64,000 nt of DNA. Origin: Akkermansiaceae bacterium. GTDB taxonomy: Bacteria > Verrucomicrobiota > Verrucomicrobiia > Verrucomicrobiales > Akkermansiaceae. Positions 34,638 to 43,079 of this stretch are shown here, piece after piece. Position numbers and translations under genes: made by a program. Position 1 is the first letter of the stretch. Each line of letters starts with the position of its first letter. A model generated the notes under the pieces. The model saw only the letters and a program-made list of their open reading frames with translations. It was not told the origin of the DNA and made no database searches. The stretch spans positions 7,523-71,522 of the forward strand of contig JBILQE010000011.1 in assembly GCA_044373465.1 (NCBI GenBank), given 5' to 3'.

Positions 34638-35435
34638 ATGCGATTTTTCCTCATCCTCTGTGCGCTGTTGACGATCTGCGGGCACCTATCGGCGCAGCCA
34701 GATCCGGTGTTGAAGCCGGATGACACGCTGAGGATGACGGTGTTTGGCGAGGACGACCTGACCAGCCAGGCGCGGGTGCTGAAGTCCGGTGAGGCATCGT
34801 TTCCGCTGATCGGGCTGGTCAAGGTCGGCGGGCTGACCGTCGCGGAGGCGACCGTGAAACTGCGCGAACTCTATGCGCAGGACTATCTGGTGGATCCGAA
34901 GGTTTCCCTGACGGTCGAATCCTACGCCCAGGAATTCGTCAGCGTCGTCGGGGCGGTGACCACCCCGGGGCAGGTCCCGATCCCAGCCACCGGAACGCTT
35001 GACTTGGCCGCAGCGCTGGCCGCGGCCGGCGGGCTGGCACCCGCAGCCGACCCGAACCGGATCACCCTGACGCGCCCGGACGGGACGAGCACCACCCTCA
35101 GCCTCCAGACGATCCAAGCCGATGGCGGCCCGGAGTTGGGTGCCGGGGACCGAATCATCACCTACATCAGCCCGTTTGCCGGGAAAATTGTGACGATCCG
35201 CGGGCAGGTTCGGCGTCCGGGGCCGCTGGCGCTGCCGATTGACGGGAAACTCGATATCGTCACCGCGCTGGCGCTGGCGGGCGATTTCACCGAGCTGGCC
35301 AACCCGAGGAAGATCACCCTGAGCCGCGGCGGGCGCAACATCCTCCTGAGCTTTCCCGATCTGACCGCCGACGGGGCGCCGAAATTCTACCTTGAGAGCG
35401 GCGATGTCATCCAAGTGGCTGAGCGGTTTTTCTAG
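34638..35435 (+). CDS. wza: Polysaccharide export protein (Wza/Poly_export + SLBB)
   Basis: Signal peptide, then ...LKPDDTLRMTVFGEDDLTSQARVLKSGEASFPLIGLVKVGGLTVAEA...YLVDPKVSLTV... (Poly_export block), followed by two SLBB-like repeats. Confidence 0.8.
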   Translation: MRFFLILCALLTICGHLSAQPDPVLKPDDTLRMTVFGEDDLTSQARVLKSGEASFPLIGLVKVGGLTVAEATVKLRELYAQDYLVDPKVSLTVESYAQEFVSVVGAVTTPGQVPIPATGTLDLAAALAAAGGLAPAADPNRITLTRPDGTSTTLSLQTIQADGGPELGAGDRIITYISPFAGKIVTIRGQVRRPGPLALPIDGKLDIVTALALAGDFTELANPRKITLSRGGRNILLSFPDLTADGAPKFYLESGDVIQVAERFF

Positions 35436-35492
35436 ACCTCCCAGCGAAGCGACCGCGACCACCTTTCCTGCAACCTTTCCGCCCATCTGACC

Positions 35493-37691
35493 ATGCCCCA
35501 AGCGAAGCCCGCAACCACTCAAGCACCCGCTGAAAGTTTCGAAGAGGATGCCATCCAAGCAGGTGCCTACGGTGGAAGCCGCGGGAAGCGGCTGATGCGG
35601 CGGATCTCCAGCCTGGTGTCGCGCTGGCACTGGGTCGCGCTCGGGCTGCTGGTCGGGTTTCTCGGGGCGACCTATTACCTTGCCAAGGCGCCGAAGCGTT
35701 ATTCCTCGGTGTCGACGCTGCTCATCAAGCAGCAGACGAGCACGGTGCTGAGCCGTGACCAGGTCGAGGAAATCGACATGCGGTCGGCCGAAGGGCTCAA
35801 CACCGCCGCGGAGCGGATCCGCCGGCTCGACTTGCTCGAACGGGTCGCTGCACGCCAGGACGTCCGCGCGCTGCCCGGGTTGATGCCCGAGCCGGTCGAG
35901 TGGCTGCCCGAATGGGCGGTGAAATGGCTCAAGAAAGAGAATGTTGAGCAGGTTGCCGCCGGGGTGACGCCGCCGCCGGCCGCCTTGGCGACCTGGCTTG
36001 GATCATGGATGGAAGTGTCGATCCGGCGGGGGACGCGGTTGATTGACATCACCTTCACCCACGAGGTGCCCGAGGTGGCCAAGGCGCTGGCCGACGCGGT
36101 GGCCCGCGAGCACCTCGCGGAGATCGTCGGGACCCGCAACGAAGGGCGGAGCAGCTCGATCGAGTTGCTCATGAAGGAGTCCGAGGAGGCGCGCACGAAG
36201 TTGCAGACCTACGAGAGCGCTCGGGTGATCTACACGCGGGCGTTGGAGATGCACGGGGTGCTTGATGAGAAGGAGGCGGAAGTCCAGCAGCTGGCGCGGA
36301 GGTATTTGCCGAAGCACCCGCGGATGATCGAGTTCAATGCCGAGTTGCAGCGTCTCCAGCAGCGGTTTCTGGATGAATTTGACCTGGCGGTGAAGTCGCA
36401 GGCCGACAAGGTGTATTGGGAGAACCATGTCGACCAGATCGAAGCGGTGCGTGGCGAGCCCGAGGAGCGGCTGCGGATGGCGCGGGGATTGTTGCTGGCG
36501 CGCAACGGGGTGTTGCAGAGTGAGATTGCCAGCCAGATGTCGGTGTTCAACGCGATGTTGACCCGGCTTGAGGAGGCCGGGGTCAACCAGCAGGGGCAGG
36601 AAGCGGGTGCCGAGGTCAGCAGCCTCGCGCGGGTGGCGACGAATCCATCGGCGCCGGATCCGAAGAAAGTTTACGGCCTGGGAGCGGCCGGCGGGATGGT
36701 CATCGGGCTGGCGTTTGCCTCGCTGCTGGTGCGCTTGGACAACAAATACCATACCGTCTCGCAGCTTGAGGCGGAGACCAACCAGCCGGTGCTGGCGGCG
36801 ATTTCGCAGATCAACCGGGTCCGGCTGCAGAAGGCGATCCGCAAGGAAATGCGCAAGGCGTCGCGGAAAGAGGCGGAGGCGTCCATCCCGCTTGAACAGG
36901 AGGACTGGGATCCGAATCTGTTGTTCCGGCCCGGGGCGTCGCGGACGACCTATGCGGAGATGTTCCGGGTGTTGCGCGCCTCGGTGTCGCTCCTCGGGGA
37001 TGAGACCCAGCGGCGGGTCACGTTGTTCACCAGCGCGGTGCCGCGGGAAGGAAAGTCGCTCGTCTCGGTGAACTTCGCGATGGCGGCGGCCGCCCAGGGA
37101 CGGCGCACGCTCTTGATCGACCTCGACTTGCGCAAGCCATCGGTGCACCGCGCGCTCGGCGTCGACCGGACCAGCGTGGTTGGCATCACCGAGCTGCTCG
37201 CCGGACATATCACGTTCGAGCAGGCAATCGTCCAGCAAACCGGCTGTCAGAACCTGCATGTGATTTATGCCGGCGCGCGCGCGCCCAACCCAGGGGAGTT
37301 GCTCAGCGCGGAGCGCCTGCGGGGAATTCTCGACCAGGCGTCACGTGATTACGACACGGTGGTCATCGACAGCGCGCCGCTGTTGCCGGTTCCCGACACC
37401 CGGGTGATCATCCCGTTGGTGGACAACATCGCCCTGGTCGTCCGCGCCGAGTTTGTTCCCAAGGGGGCCGTCGAGCGCGCGCTGCAGTTGCTCGCGGGCT
37501 CTGGCGCGACGGTTTCCGGACTCGTGTTCAACGGGTTCAAGGAGCGACGGCTGTTCGTCGGGCTCAACTACTCGTACGGGAGCTACAGTCGCGGCCGCTA
37601 TGGCTACGGGACCTACGGGGTCTATGGCGAGGACGACGGCGACAACCGCAACGACGCGCGGCGCAAGAAGAAGCGGCGCGCGCAGGTTTGA
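35493..37691 (+). CDS. wzc: Polysaccharide co-polymerase / BY-kinase (Wzc/GumC-like)
   Basis: TM, a long coiled periplasmic domain, then a second TM. Walker A ...SAVPREGKSLVSVN..., A' LLIDLDLRKP, Walker B VVIDSAPLL, and a C-terminal Tyr cluster ...YSYGSYSRGRYGYGTYGVYGEDD. Confidence 0.88.
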   Translation: MPQAKPATTQAPAESFEEDAIQAGAYGGSRGKRLMRRISSLVSRWHWVALGLLVGFLGATYYLAKAPKRYSSVSTLLIKQQTSTVLSRDQVEEIDMRSAEGLNTAAERIRRLDLLERVAARQDVRALPGLMPEPVEWLPEWAVKWLKKENVEQVAAGVTPPPAALATWLGSWMEVSIRRGTRLIDITFTHEVPEVAKALADAVAREHLAEIVGTRNEGRSSSIELLMKESEEARTKLQTYESARVIYTRALEMHGVLDEKEAEVQQLARRYLPKHPRMIEFNAELQRLQQRFLDEFDLAVKSQADKVYWENHVDQIEAVRGEPEERLRMARGLLLARNGVLQSEIASQMSVFNAMLTRLEEAGVNQQGQEAGAEVSSLARVATNPSAPDPKKVYGLGAAGGMVIGLAFASLLVRLDNKYHTVSQLEAETNQPVLAAISQINRVRLQKAIRKEMRKASRKEAEASIPLEQEDWDPNLLFRPGASRTTYAEMFRVLRASVSLLGDETQRRVTLFTSAVPREGKSLVSVNFAMAAAAQGRRTLLIDLDLRKPSVHRALGVDRTSVVGITELLAGHITFEQAIVQQTGCQNLHVIYAGARAPNPGELLSAERLRGILDQASRDYDTVVIDSAPLLPVPDTRVIIPLVDNIALVVRAEFVPKGAVERALQLLAGSGATVSGLVFNGFKERRLFVGLNYSYGSYSRGRYGYGTYGVYGEDDGDNRNDARRKKKRRAQV

Positions 37692-37701
37692 CCGCGGTCG
37701 G

Positions 37702-39414
37702 TTAGAGTCGGCCGGATTGGCGGGCAGCGCGGCGGAACCAGTCGAGTTCGGCGCGGAGCTCGGCGACGTCGCTGATCGAGGTGGCGGTGACCGGGAGGCG
37801 CCAGCGCCAGTTTTTTCCGCCGGCGATCCCCGGGATGTTGCAGCGGTGTTTCCAACCGAACAGGTCGGTGAGCATCACCACGGCGTCGCGCGCGCCGGAA
37901 CCGAGCAGGGCGCTGAGCAGGGCGCGGCGCAGATCACCGGTGTAGCGCGGGAGGCTAGCGTGGGCCCGCAGCCCGGCGAACTCGAGCAGCCGCCGGAGCT
38001 CATCGGCGACCAGCGGGTCGGGAGGGCGCGGCCCGTTGCAGGCATCCAGCCAGCGTGCCAACCCATCGTCCCACATGGCGGCGAGCGGGTCGTGGTCGTG
38101 GGTGGCAAACGTCGCCAAGCTCAGATACGGGAGGTGGCCGGGAGGAACGACCCGGCCGTAACGGTCGGTTTCCCAATGGGGGATGTGAAATCCGGCGATC
38201 CCCAGCGAGGCAAGGTGCGGACGAACGTAGCCCGGCACGCACCCGAGGTCCTCGCCGACGACCTCGGCGGTACCCGCGGCATCCAGCAGCGCGCGCAGCC
38301 GGAGGTCGCCATCGCGGCGGTTGGCGAGCTGGTTCTCGGTGGTGTCGTCGGGGCGCGGCGCCCAGCGCGGGAGCCTGCCGCCGGTGAGCTCGAGCGCTTG
38401 GGCATCGGTGAGGCGGAGAAACTCGCCATTGCGCTGCGGGTGCCACGGGAAGCTGTAGATCCGGTAGAACCCGAGGACGTGGTCGATCCGGAAGTGATGG
38501 AAGATCCTGGTAATCCCGTGGATTCGCCGGCGCCACCATGAGAAATCATCATCGGCCAGCACGTCCCAGCGATAGAGCGGGATCCCCCAGTTCTGCCCCC
38601 AGCGGGCGAGGAATTCATCGTGCTTGAACATCTCCTCGGGCGGGGCGCCGCCGCACCAGTCGAGGTCGAAGAACTGCGGCTCAAAGAAGGCATCGGCGCT
38701 GTGGTAGCTGATTCCGATCGGGACGTCGCCCATCAGGCAGACACCGGCGGCGTCGGCCGCATCCCGGACCCGTTGCCACTGGCCGGCCGCCACCCACTGG
38801 AGCCAGGCGAAAAAGTCCATGGCCGCGGCAACTTCCGGGCCACGCGTCGCGCGGACCTCGGCAAGGTGGCGGCGGGCCGCGGCCGGCGTGGCGAAGGCGG
38901 CGGGCCATTCGTCCCATGCTTCCGAGTCGCCGTCCTCCTGCATGAGCCAGCGGAATGCGGTGTAGTCATCCAGCCAGCCGGCCTCGGCCATGCGGAAGCG
39001 GGAAAACCCGGCCGAGTCCCGCGCGGGGTCGCCACCCCAACGGCCAAACGCCTTGCGCAGAAGCGCGCCCTTGGCGACCCGCACCGCCGGATAATCGATG
39101 AACTCCGCATGGATCTGCGCATCGAGGAGGTCGCGCGCCTCGGCGATGTCCTCCCAGCAGGCGCCCGGCAGCCAGCCGGGGTCAAGGGTCAGCAACAATG
39201 GCTCAAGGGCCATGCTGCTCAGCGTGGTATACGGGCTGTTGCCCGCTCCGGTCTCGTTGATCGGCAGCAGCTGGATGAGCCGGACCCCGCTGGTGGCGGC
39301 CCGCCCGATCCATTCGATCATTCCCGCGGTGTCACCGATTCCGAGATCGCCATCGCGGCGGACTGAAAATGCGGGCAGCAACCAGCCAGCACGGCGATCA
39401 GCGGAGGGGACCAT
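37702..39414 (-). CDS. malQ: 4-alpha-glucanotransferase (amylomaltase, GH77)
   Basis: ...LLPINETGAGNSPYTTLSSMALEPLLL..., ...WGIPLYRWD..., ...FRIDHVLGF... ATG at 39414 (TTG at 39423). Confidence 0.88.
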   Translation of the reverse strand: MVPSADRRAGWLLPAFSVRRDGDLGIGDTAGMIEWIGRAATSGVRLIQLLPINETGAGNSPYTTLSSMALEPLLLTLDPGWLPGACWEDIAEARDLLDAQIHAEFIDYPAVRVAKGALLRKAFGRWGGDPARDSAGFSRFRMAEAGWLDDYTAFRWLMQEDGDSEAWDEWPAAFATPAAARRHLAEVRATRGPEVAAAMDFFAWLQWVAAGQWQRVRDAADAAGVCLMGDVPIGISYHSADAFFEPQFFDLDWCGGAPPEEMFKHDEFLARWGQNWGIPLYRWDVLADDDFSWWRRRIHGITRIFHHFRIDHVLGFYRIYSFPWHPQRNGEFLRLTDAQALELTGGRLPRWAPRPDDTTENQLANRRDGDLRLRALLDAAGTAEVVGEDLGCVPGYVRPHLASLGIAGFHIPHWETDRYGRVVPPGHLPYLSLATFATHDHDPLAAMWDDGLARWLDACNGPRPPDPLVADELRRLLEFAGLRAHASLPRYTGDLRRALLSALLGSGARDAVVMLTDLFGWKHRCNIPGIAGGKNWRWRLPVTATSISDVAELRAELDWFRRAARQSGRL

Positions 39415-39494
39415 GATGGCCAAAGGAACCCCCGGATCGGAGTCGCCGCTACCGGAAATTCTGCTGGAGGACGAATCAGGGGAATTCGATTCGC

Positions 39495-40337
39495 TTGGAT
39501 TTCCTGTTGGGAAACCTGCTCGTCGCGGGGTATCTGAGGAGGGTGAACGCGTTGCGCATGCTCGGCAGGATGCCGCTGGACTTCATCGCCTATCTCGGCG
39601 GGGTCGGCAGCCTGGCTGGCGCGACGGGTGAATCGCTGGTCCGCGGCCGGCGGCGCTGGCGGGTGGTCATCGCCCAGATTGCGGAGATCGGCTACCGATC
39701 GCAGCCGGTGGTGATCATCACCGGGGCGTTCACCGGAGCCGTGCTCGCTGCCCAGGCGTTGTTCCAATTCAGCGCGTTGAACATGGAAACCGCGGGCGGC
39801 GCGCTGGTCAGCGTGGCGATGCTGCGCGAGCTCGGGCCAACGATCACCGCGCTGATGCTCGCCGGGCGCGTCGGCGCCGCCATGGCCGCCGAGATCGGCA
39901 CCATGAAGGTCACCGAGCAAATCGACGCGCTCCGCTCGATGGACGTCCACCCGATCGACTTCCTGGTCGCCCCGCGGTTGTTGGCGATGCTCGTCTCGAT
40001 GCCGTTGCTCATCGCCGAGAGCGCGGCGTTTGGGATTGTCGCGTCGTTCATCGTCGGCGTCTACGCGTTCGATGTCACGGAAGCCTACTGGCTGGCGAAC
40101 ATGCAGAAGTTCACCGTGCTGTCGGACATCTTCATCGCCATGGTCAAGGGGCTGGTGTTCGGCGTCCTCACCGTGATGATCTCCTGCCACCAAGGGCTCT
40201 CAACCACCAACGGCGCCGTCGGCGTCGGCCGCGCCACCACCCGCGCGATGGTCTATTCCTCCCTCGCCATCCTCATCTCCAACTTCTTCCTCACCTTGCT
40301 GATGAACGTGTTCTTCCCAAGTGGGGGGACGAGGTGA
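39495..40337 (+). CDS. mlaE: MlaE-family ABC transporter permease
   Basis: ...IAQIAEIGYRSQPVVIITGAFTGAVLAAQALFQF...LGPTITALMLAGRVGAAMAAEIGTMKVTEQIDALRSM...; colinear with MlaE/TtgB-type permeases. TTG at 39495; alternative ATG at 39558. Confidence 0.8.
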   Translation: MDFLLGNLLVAGYLRRVNALRMLGRMPLDFIAYLGGVGSLAGATGESLVRGRRRWRVVIAQIAEIGYRSQPVVIITGAFTGAVLAAQALFQFSALNMETAGGALVSVAMLRELGPTITALMLAGRVGAAMAAEIGTMKVTEQIDALRSMDVHPIDFLVAPRLLAMLVSMPLLIAESAAFGIVASFIVGVYAFDVTEAYWLANMQKFTVLSDIFIAMVKGLVFGVLTVMISCHQGLSTTNGAVGVGRATTRAMVYSSLAILISNFFLTLLMNVFFPSGGTR

Positions 40338-40340
40338 CGT

Positions 40341-40438
40341 GCGTAGCGAACTTTGTTAAAAGTTCGGCGGGGTCAACCGCCTGCCGCCAGAACGCCCGGG
40401 CTCACCAGAGGACTTCCGGGCGTTACCCCGCCGAAGCA
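40341..40438 (+). repeat. REP-A element copy e
   Basis: gcGTAGCGAACTTTGTTAAAAGTTCGGCGGGGtcaaccgCCTGCCGCCAGAACGCCCGggctcaccagaGGACTTCCgggcgttaCCCCGCCGAAGc. It begins 4 nt after the mlaE stop and overlaps the PIN gene stop. Confidence 0.9.
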
Positions 40439-40935
40439 TCCACTTCGAGCAATTCCCGGCGGATATCGCGGTAAAGGGCAATCGAGATGCGCAGATGGTG
40501 GGATGAAACCGCGGTGTCCACATCAGCCATCGCTTCTTGACCGGTGAGCAACCCGCGCCGGGCAGCAAGGACGAGCAGGCCGAGGGTGCCGATGGTGGCG
40601 ATCCCCTCGTGAGCGGCGATGCGGCGCAGCAGTCGTTCGTCAGCCACCAGCCAGTCGGCGCAGTGGCGCACGGCGTAGGCTAAAGTGCGTGCGTCACTCG
40701 CGCTGAGTCTGCCCGACGGCTGGGTTGGCTCCGGGATTGTGACAATCCGGATGCTTCCGAGAAACTCGCGCAGGCGTTGCTGTTCGGCATGGAAGTTTTC
40801 AGCCGGGGCAAGCACCTCGGCGACGACGCCTTGGAGAACGACCACCTCGCCGCCCAGCAGGGAACCGATGAGGGTCAATCGGTCCAGCTTTGCCAAGAAA
40901 ATCAGCGGACTCGCGTCACAAACCACGGTGGTCAT
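40423..40935 (-). CDS. PIN-like nuclease toxin (DUF3368 type)
   Basis: MTTVVCDASPLIFLAKLDRL... and ...ATIGTLGLLVLAARRGLL... match the DUF3368 pattern that partners UPF0175 antitoxins. 4-nt overlap with the upstream gene. Confidence 0.72.
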   Translation of the reverse strand: MTTVVCDASPLIFLAKLDRLTLIGSLLGGEVVVLQGVVAEVLAPAENFHAEQQRLREFLGSIRIVTIPEPTQPSGRLSASDARTLAYAVRHCADWLVADERLLRRIAAHEGIATIGTLGLLVLAARRGLLTGQEAMADVDTAVSSHHLRISIALYRDIRRELLEVDASAG

Positions 40936-41264
40936 GGCAAGCGGCTCAGATCGTCACGGAAGTCGCTGACATCATAGTGCAGGTCGACTTTCGCCGCTTC
41001 CATCAGCGCAAGGAAATCCCATGGGCTAAGGCCCGCGAGCTCCGCGGCGCGCGAGAGGGTCACCTTCTCCTGCCGGTAGGCGTCCACCGCCCGGTCCCGG
41101 CGCAGGTGCTCTAAGCCATTCCTCAGCAAAGTTTTGATGAGCGTCGCCCGATCACACCCTTCCAGCTCAGCCAAGGACTGGATCAGTGCCACTTCCGCAT
41201 CATTCAGACGGGTGGAAACGGTGCTAGTTGCCGGCATGTCTACAGCATCGCACACCGTAAACAT
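40932..41264 (-). CDS. UPF0175-family antitoxin
   Basis: ...AVDAYRQEKVTLSRAAELAGLSPWDFLALMEAAKVDLHY... is the characteristic UPF0175 helix-turn-helix C-terminus. Confidence 0.72.
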   Translation of the reverse strand: MFTVCDAVDMPATSTVSTRLNDAEVALIQSLAELEGCDRATLIKTLLRNGLEHLRRDRAVDAYRQEKVTLSRAAELAGLSPWDFLALMEAAKVDLHYDVSDFRDDLSRLP

Positions 41265-41277
41265 CGCGACAAGTGGT

Positions 41278-41390
41278 GCGTAGCGAACTTGGGGAAAAGT
41301 TCGGCGGGGTCAACCGCCTGCCGCCAGAACGCTCGAGCACGCCAAGGACTTCCCGCCGTCCTCCGCCGAAGCTCTCGCGAGCTTCGCTAC
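41278..41390 (+). repeat. REP-A element copy f
   Basis: gcGTAGCGAACTTggggaAAAGTTCGGCGGGGtcaaccgCCTGCCGCCAGAACGCtcgagcacgccaaGGACTTCCCGCCGTCCTCCGCCGAAGCTCTCGCGAGCTTCGCTAC. It lies between the antitoxin start and the sufD stop. Confidence 0.9.
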
Positions 41391-41397
41391 GAGGGTC

Positions 41398-42687
41398 TTA
41401 GGGGAACTTCGCGTCGAGGAAGCGCAGGGCGGCGTCCTGGAGGGCTGGGTTTGAGAGGCGGTCGATGACGTCGATGGAGAACCCGCGGGCGATGAGCTGG
41501 CGGGCGCGGACCGGGTCGATCCCGCGGGCGCGGAGGTAGAAGATCTCCTCGTCGCTGATCTGTGAGGAGGTGCTGCCGTGGGAGCACTTCACTTGGTCGG
41601 CGTTGATTTCCAGGCCGGGCATCGAGTTGGCCTCGGCGTCGTCGCTCATGAACAGGTTGCGGCAAGTCTGGTAGGCGTCGGTTTGGTGGGCGCCTTCGTC
41701 GACCGAGATCAGGCCGGAGAAGATGGTCCGCGACTTGTCGTACAAGGTGTTCTTGTAGAGCAAGTCTGAGGATGCGCCGGGAGCCACGTGGTGTTGGAAC
41801 GTGCGCTGGTCAAATTCTTGCGTCCCGGTGGGGACCGAGACGGCCAGCATGTCGGAGCGGCCGCCGCGCCCTTCGAGGCGGCTAAGGCTTTCATTGCGCG
41901 CCCAGCTGGCGCCGAGGTTGAGGATGAAGCCGGTGGCGGAGGCGTCGGCGGCCACGCTCGTCTCGTTGACCTGGATGACTTTGCTCGCTTCGTTGAACGC
42001 CTGGATGGCGACGTAGTCGAGCTTTGACCCGGGGCCGGCGATCAAGTCATTGACCGCGATCGCCAAGCCGGGATCGGCCGGGTTGCCGGACTGGAAGTAA
42101 TCGATCACGCTGACCTTCGCGCCGCGGCCGGTGACGATCAGGGTGTGCGGGAAGATCACGACGTTCTCGCCGGCGAGCCAGTGGAAAACTTCGATCGGCT
42201 CCTCAACTTCAACGCCATCAGGAACAAAAACAAACAAGCCGTTGCGCAGGCTCGCCTCGTGCAGCGCGGTGAACTTCGCCGACCCGAGGCGGGTGTCGCG
42301 GCGCATGAAGTGCTCGCGGACGAGCTCGCCGTGGGTCGCAAGCGCCTCGGCCAGCGGCAGGCAGACGACCCCGTCTGGCAGGCGCGAGTCGCTCAGGACC
42401 AGCTCGTCGTTGATGAACACGAACTTCGCCGCAGAAACCTCGAGCGAGCATGAGCGGGCCAGCAGCCGGGCCGCATCCGGAGTTTCTGCGCTAGGCATGA
42501 AGGTGCTGAAATCCAGCTCCTTGAGTGATGAGAACCGCCACTGCTCGTCGCCGCGCTTCGGTTGCGGCGTGGCAAGAAATCGCTGCCACGCGGAATCCTG
42601 GCGCGCGGAAAACCAGGCGGGGAAGCCAGCCGGTGAACTCGGGGCGGTGGTGAGCAGGGAAGTAGGATGGTCGAGCACGGCAGACAT
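41398..42687 (-). CDS. sufD: Fe-S cluster assembly protein SufD
   Basis: ORF trimmed to the ATG at 42687. ...RGDEQWRFSSLKEL... and the C-terminal ...QTCRNLFMSDDAEANSMPGLEINADQVKCSHGSTSSQISDEEIFYLRARGI... are SufD/SufB-fold blocks. Confidence 0.88.
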   Translation of the reverse strand: MSAVLDHPTSLLTTAPSSPAGFPAWFSARQDSAWQRFLATPQPKRGDEQWRFSSLKELDFSTFMPSAETPDAARLLARSCSLEVSAAKFVFINDELVLSDSRLPDGVVCLPLAEALATHGELVREHFMRRDTRLGSAKFTALHEASLRNGLFVFVPDGVEVEEPIEVFHWLAGENVVIFPHTLIVTGRGAKVSVIDYFQSGNPADPGLAIAVNDLIAGPGSKLDYVAIQAFNEASKVIQVNETSVAADASATGFILNLGASWARNESLSRLEGRGGRSDMLAVSVPTGTQEFDQRTFQHHVAPGASSDLLYKNTLYDKSRTIFSGLISVDEGAHQTDAYQTCRNLFMSDDAEANSMPGLEINADQVKCSHGSTSSQISDEEIFYLRARGIDPVRARQLIARGFSIDVIDRLSNPALQDAALRFLDAKFP

Positions 42688-42706
42688 GGGAAAAGCTAGA
42701 GGGGGC

Positions 42707-42880
42707 TCAGGATAATTTTCTGATGATGGAACGAGCGAGAACTTCATTGATCTCGTTATGGCGTGGAACAGCTTGGAAAACTTTAGTGATCGGATTGATG
42801 TACCAGTCGTGTTTGCCCCCATGGCGGACGAGTTCACAACCTAGGTCACTGAGCTTTTTCAGAAGAGCAGTGCGCTTCAT
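42707..42880 (-). CDS. hicA: HicA-family mRNA interferase toxin (57 aa; not in the supplied ORF track)
   Basis: My own translation: MKRTALLKKLSDLGCELVRHGGKHDWYINPITKVFQAVPRHNEINEVLARSIIRKLS*. The G.(K/N)H....P......(I/V)PRH.EI....A..I...L pattern is HicA-like. ATGA overlap with the hicB stop. Confidence 0.8.
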   Translation of the reverse strand: MKRTALLKKLSDLGCELVRHGGKHDWYINPITKVFQAVPRHNEINEVLARSIIRKLS

Positions 42881-43065
42881 GCGATGATCAATTCACCGCG
42901 CTGCCTCACTCCGGGTAAGCTCTTTGAAGTCAGCTCTTTGTACAGGTCGACAAGATGCTCTTTGAGATCATCAAGGCTTTCTCCCTGAGTCTGGTAGTCA
43001 GGAAAGTCGTCCAGAAAACCAAGGAAGAAGTCCCCGTCCTGCCAGTAGGTAAAGCTCGCTTTCAT
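42877..43065 (-). CDS. hicB: HicB-family antitoxin (short form, 62 aa)
   Basis: MKASFTYWQDGDFFLGFLDDFPDYQTQGESLDDLKEHLVDLYKELTSKSLPGVRQRGELIIA matches the YWQD..W.LGYL.E.PDY.TQGE..EEL.E.L.D.Y..L motif of short HicB-like antitoxins. It is the C-terminal part of ORF 42877..43374, which otherwise overlaps sufB. Confidence 0.78.
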   Translation of the reverse strand: MKASFTYWQDGDFFLGFLDDFPDYQTQGESLDDLKEHLVDLYKELTSKSLPGVRQRGELIIA

Positions 43066-43079
43066 TGGCGTAAGAATCG

